Counted from the first letter of the stretch, positions 42,399 to 53,967 are shown. The stretch is 64,000 nt of DNA from Gemmatimonadota bacterium (GCA_039589315.1 JBDHHQ010000042.1:1-64000); one strand, 5' to 3'. Program-made: numbers and translations. The notes: generated from the letters alone by a model not told the origin.

Positions 42399-45038
42399 AT
42401 GCCCGATCCCGTCGCCCGCCTGAACGCTGCCCTCGAGGGCCGCTACCGAATCGAGCGCGAGCTCGGTGAGGGCGGCATGGCGACCGTCTACCTGGCCGAC
42501 GACCTCAAGCACGAGCGCAAGGTGGCGCTGAAGGTCCTGAAGCCCGAATTGGCCGCGGTGGTCGGCGCCGACCGGTTCCTGGGCGAGATCAAGACCACGG
42601 CCAACCTGCAGCACCCGCACATCCTGGCGCTGTTCGACTCCGGCGAGGCGGACGGGTTCCTGTTCTATGTGATGCCCTACGTGGAAGGGGAGTCGCTGAG
42701 GGAGCGCCTCGACCGGGAGAAGCAGCTTCCGATAGGAGATGCGGTGAGGATCGCGACGGCCGTGTCCCATGCACTCCAGCACGCGCACGAACGGGGCGTG
42801 ATCCACCGCGACATCAAGCCCGCGAACATCTTGATGCAGGGCGGCGAGCCCGTAGTCGCGGACTTCGGCATCGCGTTAGCTGTAGGATCAGCGGAAGGTG
42901 GCCGGCTCACGGAGACCGGGCTGAGCGTGGGAACGCCCTACTACATGAGTCCGGAGCAGGCGGCCGGCGAGGGGCACCTCAGTGCGGCGAGCGATACCTA
43001 CTCGTTGGGCTCGGTGCTGTACGAGATGCTGGTCGGAGAACCGCCGTACAGTGGGAGCTCTGCTCAGGCGATTCTGAGCAAGATCATTACGGGGGAGCTG
43101 GTCGAACCGGCGCGGAAACGCCCGCTCATTCCGCGAAACGTCGATGCTGTGGTCCGACGCGCGCTCGAGAGACTCCCGGCGGATCGGTTCACTTCCGTCG
43201 GCGAGTTCGCCACCGCTCTCTCGGATCCCGGGTTTCGACACGGCACCGACACCGCCGCCCGGATCACTGCGGAGCGCCCTTGGAAAGCGCTGGCTGCGTT
43301 GGGGTGGGCGGCGGCGTTCGTGGCGGTGGCCGTGGCGGTTTGGTCCTCCGCCCGCACGTCGGCGCGCCCGGTTGTGCGGTCGCAGGTGCCGGTTTCGGAG
43401 GCGCAGGCGTGGCCCACGGGACTGGCTGGAGTCGGGCTGGCACTTTCCGCGGACGGTTCTACACTCGTCTGGCTTGGCGAGCGCCAGCTCTGGTCTCGGC
43501 GTCTGGATCAGATGGAGGTCGGCGCGATTCCGGGAACCGAATGGGCGCGAAATCCCGTGTTCTCCCCGGATGGGGCAGAGCTGGCATTCACGGCACAGGG
43601 CGGTGTCCACGTGGGCAGCCTCCAGGGAGGTCCGTCCACCGTCGTGGTTGGATCGGGTGCACCGGACACGGGTGGTCTCGACTGGGGCACGGACGGCATG
43701 CTCTACTTCGCCGACCCGCAGGGTCGCATTCAGCGCGTACCCGCGACGGGCGGAGAGCCCCTGTCAGTAGCAACCCCGGAGCCTGGACTGCTGTATGCGT
43801 GGCCCGATGCTCTGCCTGAGGGGCGGGGGCTCCTGTTCACCATCCGTGCCGGCGCGCCGGACCAGAGCAGAATCGCCGTGCTCGACCTGGAGTCGGGCGT
43901 GGTCAAGCCTCTGCTCGCTGGAGCGACGGCACGGTACTTGAGATCTGGTCACGTCGTCTATTCCAAGGCGGACAGCTCACTATCGGCCGCCCCCTTCGAT
44001 CTCCGTCGCCTGGAGGTAACGGGTCCCCCCGTCGTTCTGCCGGATCGCGCGGACGTGCACCCTGGCTCGGCGTCGCAGTTCGCCGTCTCCGACATGGGCA
44101 CGCTCGTCTACGTGCACGGCAGCGCAGAATTCGGTGTCATCCCGGTTCGCATAGATCGCTCCGGCAACGCGACCGACATCGATCCGGATTGGACGGTGTT
44201 CGGCGCAGAGGAGTTCACGAATCTCGCTCTTTCACCCGACGGGGATCGCGTGGCGTTCGCGAACGTGCAGGGCGGATTCCTGGACGTGTGGCTGAAGCCG
44301 ACGGGAATAGGGGCCCCGAGACCGGTTACCCGTGCGCGGGGCATCGACTACAGAGCGATCTGGTCTCCGGGCGGCGATTCACTGGTCTTCCTGTCCGATC
44401 GGGCCGGTCAATTCGACGTCTGGACCGCGAGACCCGACGGAGTCGGTGAACCGGAACAGGTGCTGGACGCTGAAGCTTCGATTGACGACATCGCTCTGTC
44501 TCCGGACGGACAATGGTTGGTCTATCGGACCATCGTAGGTACGACAGGCGATATCTTCGGGTCTCGATTGGATGAGACCCGACAGGTGGTTCCTCTCGTG
44601 ACTTCGGAATTCCGCGAGAGCGGACCCACGATTTCGCCGGACGGCCGCTGGCTGGCGTATGCGTCCGATGAGTCCGGGCGTGACGAGATCTACGTCGTAG
44701 CCTTTCCCGACCCGTCTGCGTCGTCTCGGGAGCTGATCTCCACGGATGGTGGCACGGAGCCCGTGTGGGCTCACAACGGCACCGAGCTGTTCTACCGTAG
44801 CGGACAGGACCAGCTCGCCGTCGTCGTTTTCGATGCCGACGAGGGGTTCGAGGTAAGGGACCGCAGGATCCTGTTCCCAATCGACCGGTACGTGTCCGGC
44901 CGGGGCCGCGCACAGTACGCCGTCAGCGGCGACGACCAGTCGTTCTGGATGTATCGGCCCCTCGACCCCGAGTCGACGTCTCGGTTGATACTGGTCCAGA
45001 ACCTTGTCGAGGACCTGGGGAGGCTGGTGCCGAACTGA
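42399..45038 (+). CDS. Ser/Thr kinase - TM - TolB/PD40 propeller (paralog 3)
   Basis: All kinase motifs; ends LVQNLVEDLGRLVPN. Confidence 0.93.
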   Translation: MPDPVARLNAALEGRYRIERELGEGGMATVYLADDLKHERKVALKVLKPELAAVVGADRFLGEIKTTANLQHPHILALFDSGEADGFLFYVMPYVEGESLRERLDREKQLPIGDAVRIATAVSHALQHAHERGVIHRDIKPANILMQGGEPVVADFGIALAVGSAEGGRLTETGLSVGTPYYMSPEQAAGEGHLSAASDTYSLGSVLYEMLVGEPPYSGSSAQAILSKIITGELVEPARKRPLIPRNVDAVVRRALERLPADRFTSVGEFATALSDPGFRHGTDTAARITAERPWKALAALGWAAAFVAVAVAVWSSARTSARPVVRSQVPVSEAQAWPTGLAGVGLALSADGSTLVWLGERQLWSRRLDQMEVGAIPGTEWARNPVFSPDGAELAFTAQGGVHVGSLQGGPSTVVVGSGAPDTGGLDWGTDGMLYFADPQGRIQRVPATGGEPLSVATPEPGLLYAWPDALPEGRGLLFTIRAGAPDQSRIAVLDLESGVVKPLLAGATARYLRSGHVVYSKADSSLSAAPFDLRRLEVTGPPVVLPDRADVHPGSASQFAVSDMGTLVYVHGSAEFGVIPVRIDRSGNATDIDPDWTVFGAEEFTNLALSPDGDRVAFANVQGGFLDVWLKPTGIGAPRPVTRARGIDYRAIWSPGGDSLVFLSDRAGQFDVWTARPDGVGEPEQVLDAEASIDDIALSPDGQWLVYRTIVGTTGDIFGSRLDETRQVVPLVTSEFRESGPTISPDGRWLAYASDESGRDEIYVVAFPDPSASSRELISTDGGTEPVWAHNGTELFYRSGQDQLAVVVFDADEGFEVRDRRILFPIDRYVSGRGRAQYAVSGDDQSFWMYRPLDPESTSRLILVQNLVEDLGRLVPN

Positions 45039-45197
45039 CCCACTGAATCCCCGACAACGGGTGAACCCCATTCATTATTCGGGGTGTTGCGGGGAGTCAG
45101 GCTGAGTTGGCTCTACGTGGGTCAGGGTGCTGTGGGTCAACCACTTAGCACCTCCTGCTCTTCGACTCTGTGTCTCCGAGTTTGTCCCCGTTCGGCC
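45036..45197 (+). repeat. att-like element, truncated before the GGCACAC repeats
   Basis: TGACCCACTGAATCCCCGACAAC, core 45062-45074, GTCAACCACTTA. Confidence 0.85.
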
Positions 45198-45467
45198 ATG
45201 GTCGCGTGGTCGTGTGGCGCTGATGCAGCATTGCGTATCGGCTACGGAATCGGAAATCATGGAGAGCGGAGCAACACGGACCAGCAATCGGGATCGCTTT
45301 GCAGGCTGCCCTTCCAAAGCTAGCCCGTGTTTCCGTTGCCTTCGGTTCGCTATCGCTGTTCCGACACTCTGCCGCGGTCCATCGGGTCGCTGCTCTGGTA
45401 GCGGCGGCATACTTCTCGGGCTTCTCTGGGCGGATCGAGGATGGATCTCCATGTATGAGGTAGGACC

Positions 45468-47306
45468 ATGCTAACCCCACGGACCTCTGTCTCTCTCTCG
45501 TCGCTCGTGTCGTGCCTCCTCGTCGCATCATGCGCCCTCGAGCCGGACCGTCACGCGTCTGCCGAGGGGCCCGTCGCGCCTGCCCTCGTGATTGCTGCAA
45601 TTGGCGAACTCCTCGTGCCTCTGGACTATTCGACGATCCAATCGGCGATCGACGCCGCGACGGCCGGGGACGTGATCGTCGTAGCGCCCGGGACCTATGA
45701 CGAAACGATCGATTTCACCGGAAAGGCGATCACGGTTCGCAGCTCCGGAGGCCCGCTCTCGACGATCATAGACGGAACCAGCTCGGGTGGGTCCGTCGTC
45801 ACAGCCGTCAGCGGCGAGGGGCCGACGACTGTTCTCGAGGGGTTTACCATCACCGGTGGCAACGCCCTGGAGGGCGGAGGGATGCGCAACGTGGGCAGCA
45901 GCCCGACCGTTCGGGACTGCATCTTCACCGCCAACAACGCGAGCGACCGTGGCGGAGGGATGTACAATCGCCTTGGCAGCCCAACGATCATCGGTACACG
46001 TTTCGAGCTCAACTCCGCCGGTGCGATGGGTGGTGGGGTGTTCAACATCGAGGCCAGCCCCACCATCATCAACGCCCGTTTCACGCAGAACACCGCCCAC
46101 AAGGGCGGTGGGATGCGGAGCTATCTGAACAGTCATCCCACCGTGACCGATTGCGTGTTCGAGTACAATCACGCAGAGGAAGAAGGGGGCGGGATGGATA
46201 ACCGGAAGAACAGCAACCCGGTCGTCACCAACTGCCTGTTTGTTGGCAACACGGCTCCTTCCGGGGGTGCCATGCACAACTACGTGGGTCGCGCCACACC
46301 GACTGGTAATCCGACTCTGATCAACGTCATCATGGTCGGCAACAGCGCCTCGAACGGTGGCGGGATGCGAAATAACGATCCTAGCCCTCTGATTCTCAAC
46401 TCGATCATCGCCTACAACACCGGGTCCGGCATCATCAGCCGCAACGGCAGCTCCCCCGTACTCCATAACACGGTGGTCTGGGGTAATATGGGCGGCTCGT
46501 TTTCCGGCAAGACCGCCAATACGTCCGTCGTCACCTTCAGCGACATCGAGGGTGGCTTTCCTGGCGTTGGCAACCTCGATGTCGATCCGATGTTCGTGGA
46601 TCCGGGCGGATATGATCTACACCTCAGCCCGATGTCACCGCTGATCGATGCGGGCGCCTTTCATGCCTCCCTCTCCGCCACTGATTACGAGGGGAATCCG
46701 CGCATCATGGGCAGTGAGGTCGACATTGGTGCGTACGAGTTCGATGGAGCTGGGAGCGGCGGGAATATCCCGCCGATCGCAACCTTCGCCGACCCGGATT
46801 GTAGCGGGCTGGAATGCCAGTTCACGGACACATCGGCGGACTACGACGGCACCGTGGTTTCCTGGACATGGGACTTCGGCGACGGCGGCACGTCGACCGC
46901 TCAGAACCCCAGCCACACCTTTGGAGCAGATGGCACTTACGCGGTCGCTTTGACCGTCACCGATGACGATGGCGACAGCGACGACGTGACCCGAAACACA
47001 TCGGTGAGTGAGTCGACGGTACCCCTGACCGTGAGCGCCATGCTACCGAATACGGCTCCGGTGCCCAGCGTGATCGACGTGACGATCACTGGAACCGGCT
47101 TTGGCCCCGACGCTCAGGTAGTCCTGAGCAACGGCAAGGGCCCCACGCCCGATGTGGGGAACGTAACGGTGGTCGACCCGACCACGATCAATGCAACGAT
47201 CACAGTCAATTCCGGCGGTCCGAGGCGGCCGCGGGTTTGGGACGTCACTGTCAGGTCCGGAGGATCCAGCGTGACCCTGGTCGGCGGCCTGACTGTACTG
47301 CCGTAG
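45468..47306 (+). CDS. Secreted/lipoprotein right-handed beta-helix protein with PKD and IPT/TIG-like domains
   Basis: TIQSAIDAA, repeated F..N.A..GGGM.N, VDIGAYE, WTWDFGDG, ITGTGF. Confidence 0.85.
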   Translation: MLTPRTSVSLSSLVSCLLVASCALEPDRHASAEGPVAPALVIAAIGELLVPLDYSTIQSAIDAATAGDVIVVAPGTYDETIDFTGKAITVRSSGGPLSTIIDGTSSGGSVVTAVSGEGPTTVLEGFTITGGNALEGGGMRNVGSSPTVRDCIFTANNASDRGGGMYNRLGSPTIIGTRFELNSAGAMGGGVFNIEASPTIINARFTQNTAHKGGGMRSYLNSHPTVTDCVFEYNHAEEEGGGMDNRKNSNPVVTNCLFVGNTAPSGGAMHNYVGRATPTGNPTLINVIMVGNSASNGGGMRNNDPSPLILNSIIAYNTGSGIISRNGSSPVLHNTVVWGNMGGSFSGKTANTSVVTFSDIEGGFPGVGNLDVDPMFVDPGGYDLHLSPMSPLIDAGAFHASLSATDYEGNPRIMGSEVDIGAYEFDGAGSGGNIPPIATFADPDCSGLECQFTDTSADYDGTVVSWTWDFGDGGTSTAQNPSHTFGADGTYAVALTVTDDDGDSDDVTRNTSVSESTVPLTVSAMLPNTAPVPSVIDVTITGTGFGPDAQVVLSNGKGPTPDVGNVTVVDPTTINATITVNSGGPRRPRVWDVTVRSGGSSVTLVGGLTVLP

Positions 47307-47909
47307 ACCGGCGGCTCAGGCCGCGTGGAGAGTTCCTTCCAGGAGCTCGATGCGGAGACCGGACGTTGAGCGTGAGATCTCTCCTTATTCGCACTGGGCC
47401 GGTGTTCAGGTGGTCGGCCGTGCCTACGTACGGCAGCGTCCGAACCCCATGATGCGGTCATACGTCTGCAGCGCTCCGTTCTAGCCCTCGGATCGTCCCT
47501 GGCTTTGCGCAAACGAAGTGCAGACGCTCCTGGTACCGAACTCTTTCGAGGAGCTGAAGTCGAGGAGGAGGCTTCCGGGAAAGGCCGGCTTTACTCCGAT
47601 TGGGACGGTTGCATTGATCTGAGTGCGGCCTTCGACCGTGCTCGATCGTGTCGCGGGTCAGCCAGATGACTCGCTTTGCTCGACACCAGGATGGCCGCTC
47701 GCCTCGAACCGACGACGGCTCTTTGCACTCGCCACGCCGGTTCTCACGCCGTCCCGCTCAGGGCCGGATGTAGAAGGGCCCAAAACCGTTTGGTTGTGGG
47801 GCCTGATCGGGACGGCCGGATTGATCTGCGGTCGCCTGCGGCGATCCTCGCTCGTCTCGCGGGTCAGCGCGGGGGCTCGCCTCGCTCGACAACGCTCTGG
47901 CCGCTCTGT

Positions 47910-47955
47910 TCGGGACGGCCGGATTCGAACCGGCGACCCCCTGAACCCCATTCAG
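47910..47955 (-). pseudogene. 3' half of tRNA-Pro(GGG), att-site-type fragment
   Basis: Minus strand CTGA-ATGGGGT-TCAGG-GGGTC-GCCGG-TTCGAAT-CCGGC-CGTCCCG-A: anticodon loop, variable loop, T arm, acceptor strand; D arm, 5' strand and CCA absent. Confidence 0.88.
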
Positions 47956-48275
47956 TATTCGGGGTGTTTCGGAGAGTTGCGCTGCGTTGTCTGGAGGTCG
48001 GCTAGAGTGCTTTGGGACAGGCACTTATGACCCTCGCTCTTCGCTTCTGTTCTTCTCCGTTTTTCCCCGTACGGCCTGGTTGGCACACCAATCGGCACAC
48101 TAACGCGCACACCCGATCGCGTTGGAACCACGCCCTCTTTCAGCGACCCCGATATGAAGCGGCACACTTCTGCGGACGTCTGAGCACTTGGCCAATCGCT
48201 CGCGAACGAAAGTCGTGCGATTGACGACCGGCCGTCCTATCGTGGAGCGGTTTTACTCCTCTCGCCGAGGCACCG
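47942..48275 (+). repeat. att-like element, full right side
   Basis: Core 47942-47954, GGCACTTA, TGGCACACCAATCGGCACAC, CGGCACACTT, TATCGT. Confidence 0.9.
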
Positions 48276-50954
48276 ATGTCCGATCTAGTCACCCGCCTGA
48301 ACACCGCCCTCGAAGGCCGCTACCACATCGAGCGCGAGCTCGGTGAGGGCGGGATGGCCACGGTCTACTTGGCCGATGATGTCAAACACGAGCGCAAGGT
48401 CGCCCTCAAGGTCCTGAAGCCCGAGCTGGCGGCTGTGGTCGGAGCCGAGCGTTTCCTGGCCGAGATAAAGACCACGGCCAGTCTGCAGCACCCGCACATC
48501 CTCCCACTCCACGATTCCGGGGAGGCTGACGGCTTCCTGTTCTACGTGATGCCCTACGTGGAGGGGGAGACGCTGCGCGACCGGATCGATCGCGAGAAAC
48601 AATTGCCAGTCGACGAGGCGTTGGGTATTGCCATCGCGGTTGCCGGTGCGCTCCAGACGGCACACGACGAGGGCATCGTCCATCGCGACGTCAAGCCCGC
48701 GAACATCCTTCTGAGTCGCGGAGAACCGCTCGTCGCCGACTTCGGCATCGCGCTGGCCGTGGGCGCTGCGGGTGGCAATCGGCTCACCGAGACCGGCCTC
48801 AGTGTCGGCACGCCGTACTACATGTCTCCCGAACAGGCCACGGGCGACCAGATTGTGGGGCCGGCCAGCGACACCTACGCGCTCGGATGTGTTCTCTATG
48901 AGCTGCTCGTAGGTGAGCCTCCGTACCTGGGGAACACCGCGCAGGCGGTGCTCGGGAAGATCATTCAGGGCGCTCCCGTGTCCGCCACCTCCGTCAGGAA
49001 GTCGATCCCACCCAACGTAGACGCAGCAATCCGGAAGGCGTTGGAGAGGATCCCGGCAGACCGCTTCACCAGTACTCGTGACTTCGCGAAAGCACTTGCC
49101 GATCCGGGCTTCCGTCATGGTGAGGTGGCTGGCGTCGGCGATTCGGGCAGTCCCTGGAACCGACTCACCAGGGGATTCGCCGCCACGACCGCTGTTCTGG
49201 CCACCGCCCTCGGGTGGGCGGTCCTGCAGCCGGATCCTCCGCCACTGCCGGCACCCATCGAGCGGTTCTCACTCGCCGTCGCGGAGGGGCAGACACCCGA
49301 CGAACAGCTGAACGTCTCGCCCGACGGATCGATGATGGTCTACCGCGCCATGAACGAAACTGGACGCCCCCAGCTGTACCTGAGGCAGTGGGATAATCTC
49401 GACCCGGTGCCGATTCCCGACACCGAGGGGGATCTGCACGACCCCGTCATCTCACCGGACGGCCAGGAGGTGGCCTACGTGCAGGATGGACTGCTCAAGG
49501 TAGCGCCCCTGCGCGGCGGGCTCGTCCGAACGCTGGCCGACCAAGCTGTGTGCTGCTCGCGATGGGGCGTTGACGGCTACCTGTACTTCTCACCGGTCGG
49601 ACGAACCATCCGCAGGGTCCCGATCGCGGGGGGGGAGGTAGAGCAGGTCACGGCGCGGGAAACGCCCGGGGACGGGCCTCACGGGTACTTCCAGGTGTTG
49701 CAGGGCGGTGAGGTCGGAGTCTTTACCGCTTGGAGCACACCGCGGCAGATCGAGGCCCTGAACATGACGACGGGCCAGCGCACCGTTCTGACGGAGGGCG
49801 TCCGATCATTCGTGACTTCGACCGGACATCTGGTCTTCGCTACGGCGGATGGGAGGATCCTGGCTGCTCCCTTCGACGCCGAGGCCCTGCAGCTCACTCG
49901 AGCTCCCGTTCCGCTCGTCGACGGGCTCGGCATCACGACCCAGACCGACGCGATGTAGAGCCTGTCGGCGAACGGCACGCTCCTGTATTGGTCGACCGCG
50001 ACCGGTTCCTCTGGCTTGATCGAACTCGTCTGGGTGACCCGTTCGGGCGACGCGACCCCCGTCGAGTCGGGTTGGGCGTTCGATCCGGGATCGGGATTTC
50101 TAGGGTGGAGTCTGTCGCCCAGCAGTGATCGCGTTGCGGTAAAGGAGCGGACCCCGGATGGCTCGGACATCTGGATCAAGGCCTTACCAGACGGCCCACA
50201 TTCCAGGCTCACATTCGACGAAGCGATTGACGCCAAACCGCGCTGGTCCCCGGACGGAGCATCGGTGACGTTCCTCTCGAACCGGTCGGGAAGCGCGAAC
50301 GTCTGGTCCAGGCGGGCTGACGGAACCGGAGAAGCGGAGTTGTTGTTCGCCTACCAACCCGTGTCGGGGGACGGATTCTGGAGTCCCGACGACGAGTGGC
50401 TCGTGCTTCGAACGGCAGGTGCACTTGGCGGAGGAGCGCGAGACATTCTCGCGGTCAGACCCTCCACCGACAGTGTGCCGTTGCCCTTGCTCGCTTCCCC
50501 AGATCACGCCGAACAGGGCCCGGCTCTCTCTCCGGACGGACGGTGGCTGGCGTATTCGTCGGACGAAACGGGCCGGCACGAGATCTTCGTGCGTCCGTTT
50601 CCCGACGTCGAGGCGGGGAAAACGCAAGTCTCGACGGACGGGGGTATCAAACCTATGTGGGGGCACAGCGGGCGTGAGCTGTTTTATGCGGGCGGGAGCG
50701 CGGCAGCGCCGAGCCTCATCTCCGCGTCGGTTCGGGCGGAGGTTGGGTTCACCGTCTTGGGTCGCGAAGTTCTATTCCCGATCGCGCCCGGGACGGTCAT
50801 CAGTCCCAACTGGGACTTCTACGATGTCGCGCCCGACGACCAGCGCTTCCTCATGGCGCGGTCGACGACTATGGGCGCGACGGAGGAGCAAACGCCCGAA
50901 CTCATCCTGGTCCAGAACTTCTTCCAGGAGCTGAAACGGCTGGTGCCGAACTGA
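48276..50954 (+). pseudogene. Ser/Thr kinase - TM - TolB propeller (paralog 4) with in-frame TAG at 49956-49958
   Basis: 48276..49958 and 50016..50954 share a frame; DAM*SLSANGTLLYW reads through as propeller sequence. Confidence 0.85.
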
Positions 50955-51306
50955 CCCACTGAATCCCCGACAAGTGAACCCCTTTCAGTATTCGGAGTGT
51001 TTGGGGGAGTTCGGATGAGTTGGTTGCAGGTCGGTTAGCGTGCTTCAGGACAAGCACTTACGATCATCGCTCTTCGCTTCAGTTGTCCTGTGTTTTCCCC
51101 GGTGTGGACCAGTTGGCACACCAAGCGGCACACTAGAACGCACACCGGATCGGCCCTAAGCTGCGCGCTTTTCAAGGGTGCAAAGATGAATCGGCACACT
51201 TCCGAGGGAGCTTCGGCGACTGCCGCGGTCCACTGTAACGCGAACCGTGCATTCCGGACGGTGCCGCCTTATCGTGAAGGCGATTTGGCTTTCAACCCTG
51301 GCTCCG
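50952..51306 (+). repeat. att-like element, full copy
   Basis: Left arm, core variant TGAACCCCTTTCA 50975-50987, ACAAGCACTTA, GGCACAC x3, GTGCAT-N17-TATCGT. Confidence 0.9.
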
Positions 51307-53967
51307 ATGTCTGATCCCGTCACCCGCCTGAATGAGGCCCTCGAAGGCCGTTACTCGATCGAGCGCGAGATCGGTCAGGGCGGAATGGCCACGGTCTACT
51401 TGGCCAAGGATCTGCGTCACGAACGCCAGGTCGCGCTCAAGGTCCTCAAGCCCGAGCTCGCGGCGGTCGTGGGAGGCGAACGGTTCCTCGCCGAGATCAA
51501 GACGACTGCCGGGCTCCAGCACCCGCACATCCTCCCCCTGCATGACTCAGGCGAGGCCGAAGGCTTCCTGTTCTTCGTCATGCCGTACATCGACGGGGAG
51601 ACGCTGCGCGACCGGATCGATCGCGAGAAGCAGCTCCCGGTCGACGAGGCGCTCGGTATTGCCACGGCGGTGGCGAACGCCCTACAGACTGCCCATGACC
51701 AGGGCATCGTCCACCGCGACATCAAGCCGGGCAACATCCTGCTCAGCCGCGGCGAACCGCTCGTGGCTGACTTCGGTATCGCGCTCGCGGTGGGCGCCGC
51801 GGGCGGTAGCCGGCTGACCGAGACGGGACTGAGCGTCGGCACGCCGTACTACATGAGCCCGGAGCAGGCGACGGGCGACCAAGCGATCGGCGCAGCCAGC
51901 GACACCTACTCGCTCGCGTGCGTGCTCTACGAGATGTTGGTGGGCGAACCACCCTATCCGGGCACCACAGCGCAAGCGGTGCTTGGCAAGATCATCCAAG
52001 GCCTCCCGGTCTCGGCCACCGCCACGCGCAAGTCGGTGCCATTCAACGTCGACGCGGCGATCCGGAAGGCGCTCGAGAAGCTGCCGGCCGATCGATTCCA
52101 GGGCGCGAACGAGTTCGCCAAGGCGCTCGCGGATCCGACCTTCCGGCACGGGGATACGCCGGGAGGTGTCGAGGTGCTTTCCGCCGGACCGTGGAACCGG
52201 CTGTCCGTTGGGCTGGCGTTGTCCACCGTCGTCCTGGCCGGGGCCCTGGGCTGGTCTCTCACCCGCACTCCCGCGCAACAGCCAACCGTCCGCCAGGTGA
52301 TCGCCCCCATGTGGAACGGGCAGGGCCGGAGCATCGGCGCCTACACGGCTTTGGCGCCGGACGGCTCGGGTATGGTCTTCGCTCGTCGAGGCGAAAGTGA
52401 AGACGAGTGGCAGCTCTGGTACAAATCGGCGGGCGCGGTCGAGCCCGTGGCGCTCGGCGGCACCGAGGGCGCCCGCAATGTCGTCTACGCTCCCGACAGT
52501 GAACGCATCGCCTTCGTCAGTGGCACCGACATCCGGACTCGGCCGATCGGCGATGGCGTCACGGTAACAGTTGCCGAGGACGCGAGCTCGAACATGGTTG
52601 GCCTGGCCTGGATGGACGATGGCACGCTCCTGTACGAGGGGGCGGGCCAGAGCATAATCAGGATCCCGGACGGAGGGGGTGCGGCGCAGACGCTGGCGGC
52701 ATGGGAAGAGGCTGCTCAACTGAGTTTTATCGGCCCACTCCCAGGATCCGCGGGTGCTCTGGTCAACGTGTGCCCGACCAACAACTGCGCGCAGATCTCG
52801 CAGCTGCACGTGCTCGACCTCGAGACCCTCGAGCCCAGGCTGCTGCTTGAGGGCGTCATCCGGGCATGGTACGTGCCTACCGGTCACGTCATGTACGTAC
52901 GCACCGACGGAGCGGTGTTCGCGGCGCCGTTCGACCTGGGGAACCTGTCTTTGACCGGAACCGGCGTCCCCCTGTTCGACGGAATCCGCCTGGCGTTAAC
53001 GAGTCCTCAGCTTGCGGTCGCGCACGACGGCACGGTCCTCCTCCAGCGGGGAGTAACACTGACGACCGGGCAACGAGAAGTCGTTTGGATGGACCGGGAC
53101 GGCACCGTCACGGCACTGGCGTCTGCTAATCTGCCGCCGGGTGCGTACATGGACCTCGCACTCTCACCGACCGACGACCGCCTTGCCATTTCCATCACCG
53201 AAGACGAGGAACCGCGTCTCTGGGTCAAGCAGCTTCCCGATGGGACGCTCACTCGCCTTACGACCGGGGACGAGCGGGGCTTCCGACCAGAATGGTCTGC
53301 GGATGGCCAGTCGATCGTGTATGTGGACGAAGGAGCCGCATGGAGAAGCAGGGCCGACGGAAGCGCGGAACGGGAGCTCCTGATTACCGAGCGCGATGTG
53401 CAGGAGGTCCAGCCGCTACCGGACGGGAGCGGAATCGTGGTACGTACGCGAGGCGGTCCCGACGCACGCATCGGTCTGTACGACTCCACCCCCGACTCCG
53501 TTGAGAGTCTGGGTTCGGAGTTCCGGGAACTCAATCCCCGGGTGTCCCATGACGGGCGTTGGATCGCCTACGTGTCGACCCAATCCGGCGACGCCGAGGT
53601 CTACGTGCGTCCGTTCCCGGACATGGACGCCCAAGTGCTCGTATCTACCAACGGCGGCAGCAGTCCCGTCTGGGCCCACAACGGCCGCGAGCTTTTATAC
53701 CTTGCCGGCAACTCGGACATCGTGGCCGCCACCTACGTGACGGAGCCGTCCTTCCAGGTAACGGACCGATCGGTCATCGCCAATGCCGCCGCCGCTGGTT
53801 TCTTCCGGTCGGGTCAGGGTTGGAAGGCATTCGATGTTTCAGCGGATGACGAGCGGCTCGTGACGTTACGGCTCGTGGGGGGTGGCGCGGACGGAGCCGC
53901 GCTGGAGGGTCCGGTCATCCTGGTCCGGCACTATTTCACCGAGTTGGAGGAGCGGCTGGGGAACTAG
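51307..53967 (+). CDS. Ser/Thr kinase - TM - TolB/PD40 propeller (paralog 5)
   Basis: All kinase motifs, TM, propeller repeats. Confidence 0.93.
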   Translation: MSDPVTRLNEALEGRYSIEREIGQGGMATVYLAKDLRHERQVALKVLKPELAAVVGGERFLAEIKTTAGLQHPHILPLHDSGEAEGFLFFVMPYIDGETLRDRIDREKQLPVDEALGIATAVANALQTAHDQGIVHRDIKPGNILLSRGEPLVADFGIALAVGAAGGSRLTETGLSVGTPYYMSPEQATGDQAIGAASDTYSLACVLYEMLVGEPPYPGTTAQAVLGKIIQGLPVSATATRKSVPFNVDAAIRKALEKLPADRFQGANEFAKALADPTFRHGDTPGGVEVLSAGPWNRLSVGLALSTVVLAGALGWSLTRTPAQQPTVRQVIAPMWNGQGRSIGAYTALAPDGSGMVFARRGESEDEWQLWYKSAGAVEPVALGGTEGARNVVYAPDSERIAFVSGTDIRTRPIGDGVTVTVAEDASSNMVGLAWMDDGTLLYEGAGQSIIRIPDGGGAAQTLAAWEEAAQLSFIGPLPGSAGALVNVCPTNNCAQISQLHVLDLETLEPRLLLEGVIRAWYVPTGHVMYVRTDGAVFAAPFDLGNLSLTGTGVPLFDGIRLALTSPQLAVAHDGTVLLQRGVTLTTGQREVVWMDRDGTVTALASANLPPGAYMDLALSPTDDRLAISITEDEEPRLWVKQLPDGTLTRLTTGDERGFRPEWSADGQSIVYVDEGAAWRSRADGSAERELLITERDVQEVQPLPDGSGIVVRTRGGPDARIGLYDSTPDSVESLGSEFRELNPRVSHDGRWIAYVSTQSGDAEVYVRPFPDMDAQVLVSTNGGSSPVWAHNGRELLYLAGNSDIVAATYVTEPSFQVTDRSVIANAAAAGFFRSGQGWKAFDVSADDERLVTLRLVGGGADGAALEGPVILVRHYFTELEERLGN

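Noticed and set aside
47525..47565. Possible additional kinase C-terminal remnant (LVPNSFEELKSRR)
   Set aside because: Too short and degenerate to support
47910..47990. Intact tRNA-Pro gene
   Set aside because: No D arm or 5' acceptor strand; the 3' end reads ACA rather than CCA
48079..48100. TGGCAC motif as a sigma-54 promoter (tempting given the NtrC gene)
   Set aside because: GG to GC spacing is 11 rather than 10 and there is no TTGC; the motif is a 12-bp-period direct repeat
47952..48167. Small minus-strand ORFs within the element (also 33349..33708, 59458..59796, 62622..62921)
   Set aside because: Frames, starts and stops differ among copies; the similarity just reflects the DNA repeat
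49956..49958. Pyrrolysine readthrough of the TAG
   Set aside because: No pyl genes in the window; the position is non-catalytic and not amber in paralogs
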